A stretch of 64,000 bases of DNA from Rotaria socialis. Its lineage: Eukaryota. The notes under the pieces are model-generated. The model was not told the origin of the DNA and ran no database searches. It worked only from the letters and a program-made list of their open reading frames with translations. The position numbers and the translations under genes were made by a program. The stretch spans positions 62,001-126,000 of the forward strand of contig CAJNYD010000459.1 of NCBI GenBank assembly GCA_905331295.1, read 5' to 3'. Below, piece by piece: positions 23,367-38,300 of the stretch; position 1 is the first letter of the stretch, and every line of letters begins with the position of its first letter.

Positions 23367-26300
23367 CTACATGAATTCACTTGCAATGATCGTGTTAACT
23401 TGTTGCATCACTTCGTTCAAGAGTGATGATGTATCACTTTTATTTAATTTGACTCGTTTAACAAGGTTCTCTTTCTTATCTCTTTTATAGATCGCTTCAA
23501 TGTTTTGTAGCATCGTTTGAACATATGTAGTGAAATCAGATAACAGTAGAAATATCCCACGATCTTTGATTTGATTAATAAGATTTTCCATCAGTGGCAC
23601 ATCTGGTAAACCACCAAGATAGCTATCCCAACCTGATCCTTGGTCATGACAAAACGGTGTGTGACCAGGCGCATCACCAACCCAAACTAGTATCTGTGCT
23701 GCTCGTGAACTACCATCTTTTGTCCAGCTTAATTTCAAAGCTTTCTCTAGCCCACCTTGAACATCTTCACACATATCGTCACCACCGTCCGCTTCTTGAC
23801 TAGCAATTTTAGCTTCAACTGGTGCAATATTAGGCGCTTGATGAAAATCAATTAAATCGAAACGATTTGAATCAGTATAGTCACGATAGGCAACAAATGC
23901 CATTCGTAGAACACTATTTTTGTCAAATTTTTCTTGCATATCCTTCTGTATTCCATCGCCGATCGCCTTAATATATTTTTTACAAGCTTCAATCCAACTT
24001 CCCATGGAGCCGGTACAATCCAGTACAAAACATATTTCAACGGTTAGTGGTGTATTATGCGCATTGCTGGAAAATGTTAAATCGATAGTACGTTTCGTAC
24101 TTTGTGTGACAGCATCAAAGTGTGTTTTCATTTCTTCGTTCCATACTTGGTCTGTCGATGAATAGGCCTTATTATCATCTCCAATGAACGTCGATGTTTT
24201 ATCTACATGATAAAGTGGATCATTCGGTGTTCGTCCATCGCTTAGTTCATTTGACCAATTAATCAATGCATCACAAACTAGACGTGGATTTTGTGCAACA
24301 ATCCAATCATTGAATGACAAGCAAACACCATTCGATTCAAGTCCAAGTCCAATTCCGATGACAGTAATCGAACGCTGCTCTGCATGAGCAATGATACGCT
24401 GCATGAAACTGCCACGTTTATCATAACCATCAGTCAATACGAAAATAAACATCGGACCATGATTATTGTTGTGTGCTGATTGTTGTTGTAGTAATTCTGA
24501 AGCTGCAAAGATAGCGTCACTTAACAATGTTGTTTCACCATCGATTTTCAATGCATTCAATAAATGGTGTAAAAATAAACGATCATAGCTTTGCTTGTAA
24601 CTCTTCACTAGCTCTATACACTTTCCGAACGTTAAAACACTAAAATCTTCGATACCTGTTTTGTTTAATGCCGCACAAATGGAAAGTAATATGTCGACAG
24701 ATGAAAAGTACGTTGGTCCAGTCATTGATACTGATTGATCGAGAAGAATGGCAATACGATATTCTGGTTTTTGTGAACCAATTTGATTTAAATAGATTCG
24801 ATTGTATTGTCCTTGTGTACAAATAAATTTAACAATACCTGGTATAAATAATCGATTGCCTTTCGTATCTGGTAGAGCTTGTGTAGGCTTATAAGCTGGA
24901 AGAACATTGTCTTCCATGGTTCGTACTAGTTCACCAATATATGTTTCTAGGTGTTGTTCAATTTGTTGTAAGCGTTTATCTGTATCACTAAGAATTGTAT
25001 CATGTAGTTCCAAATTCGAATAACTTTTCTCTAGTGCATCCATTGTTTTATCTAAATTTTCTATGAATTCATTGGAAGCACTTGAGAAATCAATATTCAT
25101 TTGTTGTTGGAATGCTTGCTGTTCAAGTTTTTGTCTGGAATCGCTGACATAGAATTGACCGGCAAGAGCAATATCTGGATGTGTCCATAAATCAACATTT
25201 CTTGCATCCGATAAAGTGAAGGCACTTAATTGTTGAAATTTAATTGCATTCGCTGTCGATGTTTTAGTTTCAGGTGTAGCTGAATTGTTTGTATGTACTA
25301 AAATTGATTGTTCGATGATAGTGATAAGATCACCGACAACTGTTTTTGTTAAAGTATCAAGTTGCCCAATTTCAATTAACTGATTTCGTTCAGGAGCGAC
25401 ACGTTGTATGAATTCTTTTGCTTTTTTCTCATGTTCAACAGCGAAATTCCTATAATCATCGGAGAATCTGCTATCGCCGGACTTCGGTAATTCAGGTATA
25501 ATGCAAACCATATAAAGATCAGCATGTGCCTTTTGTAATTGTGTTGTGAATAAGTCAACTTCTGTTTGAGCTGAGATACCATCAGTAATCATGATAATAA
25601 AACGTTTGACATTCGGTTTTATTGTATTACCGAAAAGTTCTTTATTTTCAGCGATTTGCTTTAAAGCTGTTGCAGGCAATGTTTTCTCATCGGTCGTAAA
25701 GGACTCGAGAATGTATTGTCCTCGTGCCACTTGTTTTTGTTGAAGACTAAGTGATTCACTGGTGGCGGTAGTAGTAGTAGTAGTGATTGGACTCGTTCCT
25801 GATTTAACAGTGTCATGCATTGATTCATGCCCTAGAGATTTAAGGATTTTTTGTTCGGCGCCAAATCGAAGAACGGCAAATTTCCATTCCAGACGACGAA
25901 ATGTCTCCATAAGAATGACTAATGTAGTCAGTGCTTCTCGGATTTTTTTCCCACTCATGCTTCCACTATTATCAACGCAAAATACAAACTCAAATTGTAG
26001 ATCGTCCTGTTCTGTTTGTTGTTTACTATACTGTTTTGTTAATGCTGAACGTAAACGCGTCAATAGCATACCTTGAATATTTCGTGTAAGTCGGGCTAAT
26101 AGAGCATATCGAGGCTTATCTAATTTAGTATTGGGTAAATCCTCAGGATCACAACTTTCACTAATCTTTCCGATATCGCACTTGTTGACCGATTGTAAAA
26201 GATTTGCGTACATGTTGTTTGAGCGTTCTTTCAATTTATCTAGGTCATTTTTACTGATTTTTACCGTTTTACTTTCATCTTTCGATTTTGAATCGGTTGT

Positions 26301-29300
26301 TCCTGTATTTGAACCAATATTATTTCCAATTTGAACACGAACGACCCCAGCTTCTTTGATGTCTACTTTCGGTGAAACGTTTTCTGCGTCAGAATTTTCC
26401 ACTCTCCCATCATCATCTATTACTAGAGAGACATCACGATTCGCGGCTGTTGAGCCTTCTTTTGCTAATGCTTGCTCATCAGTGTCAGATTTCTCAGGAT
26501 CTTCGCTACCATCATCCAATGCAGAATTCAACTCGCTCTCATGATTCGATAGAATATTATTCAATTGAATGCCTAGCTTGTGTAATATTGGATTGCCGAT
26601 TATTTCACCTTGCTCAAATTTTGAATCTTCAAATCCTTGTAAAAGTTGTTTCACGTTCTCAAGATTTGTTCTTTGCTGCTGACCTTGCATATGATCAGGC
26701 AGATCAGAAATATTTCCATCTTCAGGTATGTCGTAGTCATCAGCCAAATCGCTCTTCTTATTTAATTTACACATTTTTCGCAACGAATCTGAGCCACTAA
26801 GTTTATCTAAAACTTGAATTAAGTCCTTCCTTATTTCTTGACATTTCTGTTTTATATGACCATTAATATCGCCTGAACATTTATCAATCTCCTCCAATGA
26901 TTGATACAATTGTAGGGATATTTCGATAACTTGGCATAACGTTGTTTGGGCTAAGCTATCAATTTCTTTTTTCATATTATTCGCTACCATCTGTTGTAAA
27001 GTGTTCATAGCTGCTTGAATTTTATTGCTGATCGCAGTTGCTGTTGCTAAACATGTTATTGTTTCTGTCAATACTAATTCATCTTCCTTAGCTATACTGG
27101 ATACTTGCTGCTCTGACTTTTTACTCAACTCGGCAGCTTCCGTTGCCAGCTTCTTTATTTCAGCTACTGCTTCTTCTTTAACTTCCTCACTTGGTTCACT
27201 CATTAAGAGAGGACTCGTTGGTTCACCAGAGTGATAATCAGTGAATTTTGTGTCGCCTGGTATTTTTCCACGCCTGTTCGCTAATGGATTCTCGCTGGTG
27301 GTGCGATCAGAAATAGTCTTCTTTGTTGTTGAACCTTCACTAGGTCTGCCTGATGATGCAGCTGCCATTGACGACAGCACTTCACTACCATCGCTTGTAC
27401 TGCTTACGTGGCTATCTGCTTCTTTAGTAGCACCACTTGGCGTCCCACTGCCTGTACTACCACTACTGCTAACACTTGCTTTGTCACTGAGTCCAGTACC
27501 ATTACTGGCACCGCTGGGGTGGCTCTTAGCTTCATCACTGGAACCAATCGGTTTAGCCCTATATTCACTACCGATATCTGTACTACTACTTGCACTGCCG
27601 GTTCCACCAGTACGTGCACTGCCAGTTCCACCAGTACTTACACTACCAGTTCCACCAGTACTACCAGTTCCACCAGTACTTGCACTACCAGTTCCACCAG
27701 TACTTGCACTGCCAGTTCCACCAGTACTTGAACTGTCAGATCCACCGCCATCGCCACTGCCACCGCCGAACAATCCACTGAATGCACCGCAGAGGGAGAG
27801 AGCTAAGCCTATGGCGGCTAGCACGAGACCTACTGGATTGGTAGCCATCAGAAGTGTAACTATGCCACCTATGATTGCAGAAGCATGTTTAACTGACTCT
27901 GGTATACCAGGTATAATTTCTGTGAGTATGGACATTGCAGCTGTTGCAATGGAACCTATTTGAGCTACTTTTGCAGATATTGTAGTTGCTTTAGATAGGG
28001 CCGAAACGCATTCAGTTATTTTTTGAACATTTCTGTATACAGTTCTGCCTTTCTCTAGTGCATTAACTACATCTTTATCTACACCAGCTGCAGTGAGTAG
28101 ATCGGTAGCTAGCTGAAGATAGTTATCACCCGAAAGAGGCTTTCCAGACGTTAACGCTTTCACCAATGGTTTGCTTGCGGCCAGTATTTGTTGCCCTTTA
28201 CCACCGATCATGGAACCAGCAGCATCTATCATATCTTCGTAGCTAATCGATTGCTTGTTGAGCCTTTTCTGCAGTAATGGCATAACTGATTGAACGAACG
28301 GACGAACCTCGTCTGGAAGAATAGTACTGATGGCATTCAACGAATGATCAAGTATTTTTTGTGGATTTTTCGATTGAATAGCATCCATTATATCCACAAC
28401 AGCATGAACTTGTTCTGCATATTCTGGGGGTAAAAATGATGCTCCCATATTCAATGCACACTTGGCTATATCTTCAGTTGCCATAGCTTTGTGCTTGACA
28501 ATTGTTTGTAGCTCTTGAGCCATAGTATAAACACTCTTTAATTCTGGTGGTAAATATGACTTTAAATTGTCGTCATTCATTAGACTATTGAACAATTGTA
28601 GCGGATCATTTGTTTTCGAGAGAACTTTAGCAGCTGACTTTGCTATAGCCATAGCTATATCGATTTTGTTTGCATGCTCTGGAAAATATTCATTTGTTAT
28701 CGAATGAACTACTGCTTGAAGATCATTATTTTGTATCTGATTCACGACATTTTGTGCAACAATCAATGATTTCGCCGTTTTCTCATCGACGATACCTATG
28801 GCTGCATCAAAAGCACAACCTAGTAGATTCTCTTTCGTTATTGGTTGTTTCATCAGTTGAGTTAACGATGACATGACCTTTTGAGCTTGTTCTGGCACAT
28901 GTGGAATAAGCGTGAGAGCATCTTTGATTGCGTCAATTTCCTGATGATTTGTCAATTTTTCATAGATATTGCCAGCAGTTCGCAACATGACAGATGTTTT
29001 CTTGGGTGCAAGAACTGAAGCTAAGTCAAACGTTGTGTGGATTATATGTTTTAATTCGCACGTTTCTAACCGACTGAACTGTTCCATGTTTTCAAAAACT
29101 GTTTGAACTTCTTTATTGGGCATTAGTTGTGATAAATATTTCAATGATTGTAGTTTGTCTGTTGACAATAAATTCAATGCATTCAACGATACTTGTAGGA
29201 CATTTCCTGTTTCCGCTCCGTATAATTCAGTTATGGTATTGACGACTTTATTTTGTACTGCATCTGAAGAAGTCAATTGTTTTACACCTTCGTTAAATCC

Positions 29301-32300
29301 CAATCGAAGATTTTCTGGAAGTAAAACTGAAATTGATTTCAGTGCTTGAATTGGTTCTTCTATTCCTCTATCGAGTATTCTTCCTAGACTGATCTCTGAC
29401 GAGTCTATAGAGATGATTCCGTGTGCTAATTCAAGAATTTTTTGTTTCACATCACCAACAATTATTTCTGGAGTAGATCCTAAGATAGCTTTAGCTTGAT
29501 TAGAAATTTGTTCATCAGGTATGAGATGAAGAACTTCATCAATGACGATCATCGTCGGATTCTTGTTGTTACTCAAACTGTCCAATGCATTTGAAATTGG
29601 TTTGAGAAATTGTTTCATATGCTCATCAGGAATACACTCAATCGTTTGATCGATAAAATTCGAAATATTTGCTTGTGTAAATTCTCCATTCATAGCTGGC
29701 ATCAAATTTTTATAGGATTCCAATAATGTGTTAAGATGTTCGATTGGTTTCAATCCAATATCGCTATCGTTCAGTTGACTTGCTAGTTTAATACCCTGTT
29801 CCAATACTTCTAATTGTGTCATAGTCGTTGATGTCACATGCGAAATGACTCTTATTAATTCATCGTTAACTTTTTGTTCTTTATCGATTGGATTCATTAA
29901 ATCGCAAATATCAGAAATGGTTTGCATTAAAGGAATTATTCTCTTGTTCTGAATACTATCTACTATGCTTACTAAATGATTATTGAGTTTTCTATGATCT
30001 GGTAATTTCAATTCGTCGATAAAAGATTCTTTGGCTGTTTTAACAAAACTCGTAATCGAATCTGGTGTTATTGGTCCTGATTGGAATCCTGCAAAATGCT
30101 TCTGTAATATTTCCATCCAAGCGATTTGTTTTGATTTCAATTGACGGCAGTTACATGTTAATGATAGAACTGATTCCAAAAGATTGAATGAATCTTTGGG
30201 TTCCATTAGTTTTTTCAAATCACAAGATAATAATCGGCAACGATCATTTCCAAAATTTAACATCGAAGAAACAATATTCGTAGAAATTTGATTATCACAA
30301 GCCGATGTCTGGTCCGATAGTAGCGTAATTGTGAGCACTGTTCGCAGCGAGTCAATAGTCGTTTGATCAATATGAGCTTGCAATATTGTACATATATCGT
30401 CAATAAACATTTTCCAGTCTCGACCTGCTTTGTCTGCTCGTCTAATTCCATCTGTCAAATTCGAAATGATACTTTGTAAACCTTGAAGAGTGTTCTTCTC
30501 GGTTGAACTCAAACCGGGTGATAGCGAAGCAAGAATACCCGGGAAGGCGGATACATCGTTTAATGATGGCTCAAACTCTTCATTCGAAATCCGTTCGCTT
30601 AATTTCATGAATTCGACGATATTTTTTGATTCATTTTTATCGTCTAATTGTTCTTGAACGTAATCGAAAACAGTAGAAACAGATAGCGTATTGTCCGATG
30701 TAGCTATCGCCTGTGTAACAAGTTGACATTCAGTCAGCGGTATATTCGACTCAAACATTTTTTGTAAAATGACTTGTTCATTGATCGATTCACCATTCGA
30801 TGATAATTCTAATAGTCGATCGAGAAATTTCAGTGGATCGCGGTTCGTTTCAGTTGTCATTTCTGAGATAAGCGTACTTAATGCCTTTTCTGGATTTTTC
30901 GTTTTCTCCACTGTTTCAACTGTACTAACAACTTTTTCCATCAAATTCCTCAATTGCTGCTTATCACTGTTCGATAGTTTTTGAGCTTCCTCTTGATTCA
31001 TCACTAAATCACTTGCATAATCAAGTAAGCGTTTGTTTGCCAAGTGTTCTTTACTAGGATCCTTATGATTATTCTTTTCATATTCAATCAAACGTGCCAA
31101 TATTTGTTCGTGTTCAGTTTTTCCATGTTGTTCGAAAAGAATCGATAGTTTTTCAGCGCAATTAACTGCTAACGATAGATTTTCGGTTTGTGTCATTCCT
31201 TCTACGCCTATAATAGCCTGTGGCAAATGCCCATTCAAAATTGCGTCCATTTTTTCATACATAAGTCTCCACTCTACTGTTGTTAGTTTGCCAAATGTAT
31301 ATTGGATCTTTTCGTGGATATTATTTGTATATGTTGCTACTTGGTGACTATCAGACTCAATAGCCGACACTATCAGATCACATGTCAAATCTTCAGGGGT
31401 ATCTGAACGTTTTGGATCTGAATGTACTAACCCATCGATTAGAATTATGACTGGAGCAATCGCTGTAGCTGCACGTTGACGATATAGATTTGTGGTGTCT
31501 TCGAGTAATTGCATCAATCGTTTTTCGATTTCGGATTGAGATAAATGTTTCAATGGCGATGGGAGATCAATTGGCTTTATCTTATCTGTCGATTTATCTT
31601 TAGGTTCAATGCGTCCGGTAATGATTAATTTATATTTTTTGATTGTTTTTTCTGAAGATCGAGCAACTAAACGTTGATCGATTTTGAAATTACCGATTGG
31701 TGCAGTTTTTTTTATTTCAACGTTACATGCAATTTTTTTCGGATGAAGGGGAGATATTATGAAGTTTTTTTCATTATTCGCAAATTTGAAACTGAATATA
31801 GAATTCTCTTCTGTTTCGTATTCTAACTTTGCAGATACATTTCCATCGTTTTTAACCGTAATTGAAAACGGTAGAACTTTTGATTCTGGTGCTCGTGTGC
31901 CACAATGAAGAATATTTTGATCGAATGAAATGATTGCAGCCATTCGTTTACAATGGAATGGAATACGATGTATTGGCTCTTTACAATTAGTTTTCAGAAC
32001 AAATTCACAATCGAACGAGGCTGATTTCTTTTGAACTGTATATATATAATGGCATTCAATGGTTTGTTGAGGTAAGATGATAAATGGAAGTAGGACATGA
32101 TTATTGATGGTAACGTGTGTCGATGTTGTATGTATATCATCAATTAGCATTTTTACTGGACCTTTGTTTTGCAGAATGAGTTGACCTGCGGTTTCGTTAG
32201 CTTCTTCAGAAACTTGAAGTTTCGTCAGAGAACCAAAGTGAAATTTATCAAATTCAGGCCAGCCAGATGTTGTCTTGAGTATTAATTTAAATGACGGACG

Positions 32301-35300
32301 TTGACTTGCATTTGGAAAAAGAAAATCAATTAGATTGTCAATAATTCGGTGTGCATCTTTGATTTGTAACTCAATTTTCAATATTAACGATGCACCTGGT
32401 TCGATGAGAACTTGTCCGTGAGATAGTCTAGTAACAACAAGTTTAGAAGAATTTTCGGGCTTTGATTCCACGACCATTTTTACTTCGCCCGTATTGCGTA
32501 CTGTAAGTTCTTCGTATAGAGTGGTACCAGGAATACATGATTCTAAGTCAATAGAAAATTTTCTTTCTGTTAAAGGTATTGATCTATAAATGAGATCAAA
32601 GGAAATTCTTCGCGATTTTCCTAAACAAATAATTCGAACTTTGAAGTCTTTACTAAAATAAATTTCATAGACGCATTTAGCATCTTGAACTATATCTTGT
32701 ATGCACCAATCAATATTCAATATTTTGGATTCGTAGGCAAGTAAAATAAATGTTGAATATTTACTATCGATCTCAAATTTCCCAATAGCACCACCTTCTC
32801 GACGTATTTTAACCCGGAGATCGAGTGCTGTTGGGTTTTGAAGAGTAAACGCACGTTTTTCATATTTACCAGAACAGGTAAGTGCTAGACCAAAATCAAT
32901 TAAGTACGTTTTTAATTGATTCAATGATTGATCATCAACTGCTACTTCAAATAATGGTAGATCGATGTCAATTGAAAATGATTTTATTTCGCAACATAGA
33001 ATAACAGAAATGATCAATCGATCATTTCCTAGCTTCAATTGCCAACGTTCTTGATATTTGCCTTCAATACATTGACTATTTGGTGTGATTTTGATAGTAC
33101 TTGAATCATGTGGATCAACAACAGATGATGAGGAACGAATAACGAATGCTGATTGAGTATGCTTATCTGAATTCGATGACATCTCAAAATTAATTTCATC
33201 ATCACTATTATTTACAATTTGAATCGATTTTGTATGTAATTGTGCATAGGACCAATTCTGAATGATTTGTCCTAGTTGTATAACTATTGATGAATGAGAT
33301 CCGAAATAATCACCGTTCTGTTTGTTGATCGTTATTTTACTAGTAGATGGTGAGCCAGTTGATTTCATCAATGTTGTAACATTGACCTTTTTACTTATCT
33401 CATTTATATTATTTAGACGTGGTGGCTGTGTAATAGAACGCATTTGTTTTTTTCGTTCATGAATTAGTACTAATGTTTCATCGATAATCACTTGAAACGT
33501 AGTTAATTGTTTTTCATTCATCAATGTTTGTTGTTGTTTTCGAATTAAATGATTCTTTATTGTGTCAAGTAAAGAAATCGCTTTTTCACAATGTTCTTTT
33601 GTTTCGAGTGGATGAACAATCAATTGAATTAGATTTAATTCAATGCAAATTAGAATATGATAGATTTCTAAACCAAAATTAAGTTCACGTTGAGCCAGTG
33701 CACTTCCATCACGAAGTAATAGACGCATTCGAATTGTATTGATTTTGTTTATACTTTCTTTTGATACAATTTCGTCGTTCTTACTCAACTCTACGAGAAC
33801 ACCGCTTCGCTGAAAAGTTTCCAATGATTTATCGAGAGCCTGTCGAAATTCTATATTCGATTGTAGGTCTTTTTCTATGGCAAGCGATGCGTCATGTAAT
33901 TTCGATAGGGTGGTTGCTAATTTTTCGAAATGAAATGTTTCTTTGAATATTTGTAATTCTCGTTTTAAAGTATCAGCTGAATCAAATCCCAGAAAAATGC
34001 CATGTTGTATTCGATTAAGCTCATTTTCATCAACCATTGCATTTAATGTATTTACTGTGCGTACTATTGTTCTTTCTAAATATTCGTATTTCAATGTCAG
34101 TTGAGTCATAAGCAAATGGTGCGTTGGCGGAGATGAAATCTTTAATAATTGCATATCTTTTTCCAGTGCAATGGTAGGCATTGTGGCTATACTTTCTTGT
34201 TTAGGTATACTGTAATAGCTTGGCGATCTTGGCATTTCACAATCGGATACCTTTGTTTTTTCAATGTTTTTGCACAGACGATTGAGGTCCTCTATCCAAT
34301 TTTTAAGCTGCTTCTTTCTGTCTTTAGCATTTAATTCCCGATATTTTTCAAGTAAGTCAAAATATGCATGATCCACTAAAGTATCGGCTAACGTAATAGA
34401 TTCATCCGTTGTTATTGGATCTGCCGTTGATTCATCTAATGTCGAAGTAATAGACTCATCTTTTTTTACCGTACCCTCTTGAATTACGATATCACAGAGT
34501 TGTATCGACGTATTAGGAGTAATACGTATCTTAATCGTATTATCCTTGTATTTCCCGAACTTATAGTATACATCGATATCTTCTAATGAGCAAATATCAA
34601 CGTCTTGGAGCTGAATAATACCCATTTCTGTCCAACTGCCTGTGTCTCCATTGCCAGCCAGAATTTTTAAGTACCAAGTCTTTTTACAATGTATTGGGTC
34701 CAATATTATGTCTGTAAATATATCTTCTACATAATTTGAAATTACCAAAGATTTTAATGGTTTTATTGCGCTTTCGGATATGAGCGTGTCGGGCTCCTTT
34801 GTAAAGAGTTGAATTTTATTATCCCACATATTGCGCCGTGGTTGCTTATGTTCGGGTTTCTCATATAAATATTCGACACATTTGATTTCGATCCGCACAG
34901 AATCGATATTTATCATGTTCATTAACTCTTTTCCTTCCTTTTCTCGATCCAGTTGGCAAGGCACTGGAACTTTTTGCTGAGCTTTCATTAGCAGCCGGAC
35001 AAGTTTTACACAATCATTTGTTAAAATATCCTCGTCTATTATATCGAAATGGTTCGATTTAAATTTTGCTGTTTGCAAAAGTTTACCAATAAGTTTAATA
35101 TCATGCAATATTTTTATTGAATCTGATTTGGTTTTTTCAATTGTTTTACATACTCGATCACGATTTAAATCATATTCCTGCTTTAAGCGTTCGTTTTTTT
35201 GTCTAATGTGTTGAGTTTTACTATCAAATTCATCATTCATACGTTGTACCCATCGTTCTCGAATTCGTTTTCTCTGTTGAAGCAATGCATCGATTTCTTT

Positions 35301-38300
35301 ATTCCAATCGTCTATTGTCGATTGAACCTGCGTCAGACTTGGCCGCAAAGTGAGACGATCCATATTATTCAAATCGATTTTCAATTGATTTAAATTCATC
35401 ATTGACATTCGCATTAATTCATAACGAAGTAATTTTGTTAATCGAACGAGATAAACTATGACGGGTTCATCATTGATTAATTCCTTTTGAGGATATTTAC
35501 GTTCTAATTCACCAATTGTTTGCTGTAGAAATACGATGATTCGTTGTCCTTCTTCATTTAATAATTTGAAAGCAAATGAATATCGTAATCGTTTTGCAGT
35601 CGATTGTTGGTTGCTTGTCGTTGCTGATGTAAACGTACGAAGAAAGCGAGATGCTTGTGACCAGCCTTGAATGAGAAATTGTGTCAATTGATTGTACCAA
35701 TCAAATTCTTCATCGAGTTTTTCATCATAATGAAAGTAACGCATTAAATTTGCTTTTGATACAGTTTCTAGTAGATAAATATTATCGCGCTTTAAACGAC
35801 TTTTGATCGTTGTACTATATTTTTTCTGTAAGGAATCAATTTCTTTTTGTTGATGCTGTTGTACTAATTGAATGAAAAATAAAATAAATTGATCGACGAA
35901 ATTTTCTATTACTGATCGTATGTGACTTAATGATTCAATTAGTTTCTTGCGTTCATTGTGTAAAATATTAATTGACATTAAACCTTGATCTAATAATAAA
36001 TCTAATTGATCTTTAAGAATATATTCTAAGAATTCTGAATACATTGTTTCAAATGACGAGGAACATGATAGATGAATAGATTTAACTAGATTCTCTAGAA
36101 ACGGAGCGATGGCTTTAACTGTTTCAAGTTCGAATTTATCGGCATTATTTTCGAGAATTTTCATTAATAAATATTGTGTATTACTGACGAGTACATTCAA
36201 ATTATAACTGACTTGAATAAGAGGATTTGTTTTCGATACTGATTCATTCCAATCGCCAATTTGTGAAAGTACTTTCATTTTTCGTTCGATATCATCCATG
36301 AGTGCAGCTGGATCATAGCAAATATTACCAAATGCATGTGTATATTGAAGTTTGAGACTATACTCTAACAAGGGAAAGTCGTGGCATAGACGTTGATGAA
36401 CTTCTCTTAAGGAATATTCGTCGACAGGCAAACTTGTACCGGGTATATCTAAACGTTCTCGAAAACCACTAAGAATAACCAGTCGTTTCATATTATTATC
36501 CCATTCGAATGATTGTTTATCGAATTTAATGGGCATGGTTTTCAATTGCGTAAATACTAATGGATTTGATTGCTGAATTTTGAATAATTGGACAAGAAAA
36601 ATGGCCATGCGCGCATAGAAACTGGAACAATGGTACAATAATATCGACAGTACTTTAGATCGATAACTAACTCTTGTCTCATTAGAAGACTTTTCAATAT
36701 GAAAAGCAATTCGACTGAGTTCTTCTACTGTTTGATGAACGGTGTTCATGTCCATGGTAATCAATGATACTTGAGGAGCTTTAATTATAGGCTGAACAAT
36801 ATCGAGAGTTTCATTCAGATATGCACGTGTTTCATGGATTGTTTTCTCGATTTCGTTTACGAATGAATTCCGTTGATGAATCATGTCATTGAGCCAATTT
36901 TCAAATGAATTCAGTAGTTGAGTATGTGCTAATTTGTATGCTAATAGGAAACGCGTGAATATTTGATAGAGATTATCATCTGGCATTAACCATTTGAGTG
37001 CTTCATGATATTCATCATAGGACTTTGCCAACTCATTTCTCAGTTTTTCAATGAATTCAGTAACACGAGATTTCAATTGATTAAATTCGGTTAAATTCAT
37101 CTTTAACAGGCTTGCTTTTGCGCTAAATAAAGTTGCATAGAATTCACTAGATGTTGTTAATTTTTGTTGCTGTTGTTGATTACTATTGGCTTCTGATTTT
37201 GGTTTGTCGAGTTTTTCGATGAGTTGTGACGGTAAATAATTGCCCTTCACTTGTAATTGACGATTGACTTCTAAAAGTCGTCGTATTCGTTCAACGGCAA
37301 CTCCATTTAAAATTTTTTGATAGTCTTTTTCGAGTGTAATGTATTCATCATTGATTTTACTGTTTTCTCGTTCTAATTCTCGACGCTTGTAATCAAGCAG
37401 CGTGGGAGACATGAGTTCTTTTTCAATTGTAGCTTTTCGAGCTTTACATTGTTGAAAATCTCGTCCAGTTGCTTGAACAATGGAACTAGAGAATTTCAAA
37501 TAATTAGTTGCTGTACAAGAATCGGACACACCCAGTTGCTTCGTGAATTGAGACAAATTGTCTTGCATTTCATCGAATAGTTTACTCAATAACGATTGTA
37601 TTTCGAGAGCAAAAAATGAATGATATTCGTTACTTTCGGTCAACTGATAAAACCAATGATTTTTTAGATCCTCGATTTCAACTGATTCATTCATTTTATT
37701 AATTAAACTTCTCATGAATTCGACAAGCTTGTTTGTTGCTTGTGAACTATCGAATGACAATAGAGATAGAGATTCATCTTTACCATTCCTTAAAGTAAAT
37801 CGTTCTACGTGTAAATCTTTGATAGTTGTTCGAAACTCGGGAGATGCCAAATATTTTTTCAATTTTTCAATATCCTTGAAAGTGAAGTCATCCAATTGTA
37901 GTGTTTCCATGAATAGTACAGGTAATTCAGGAAATAGAAGAGCAATTATATCGGACAGCCGAAGATAAGATAGCTGCATTCCAGCTGATTGATTATAATT
38001 TGCTTGATCGTGTAAGATCCGCATAAGAGCTTCACGTCGTTCGTAGAGTCGAACAAGAAGTGGATATATGTGAATTAATTCATACGTTTGAATATCTTGA
38101 TCAGCCGATGTTATTAGTAGAAGTTTCGATTTATCGCAAGGATTTAAACGTTTTAATTGATTCGATCGTTGTTGAATGATATTTTCCAATGTTTTCGTTT
38201 GAAGTTCTTTTAAACGCAATTCCGGCAAATTAAAACGATCCTCTTCACCTTTTGCATGTTCTTGACAGAATTGTAAAAGTTCTCTACATGTCTCAGCCAA

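Noticed and set aside
27241..27963. 240-aa plus-strand ORF with PVPPVL repeats
   Set aside because: Antisense shadow of the GGTGS coding repeat in the giant gene.
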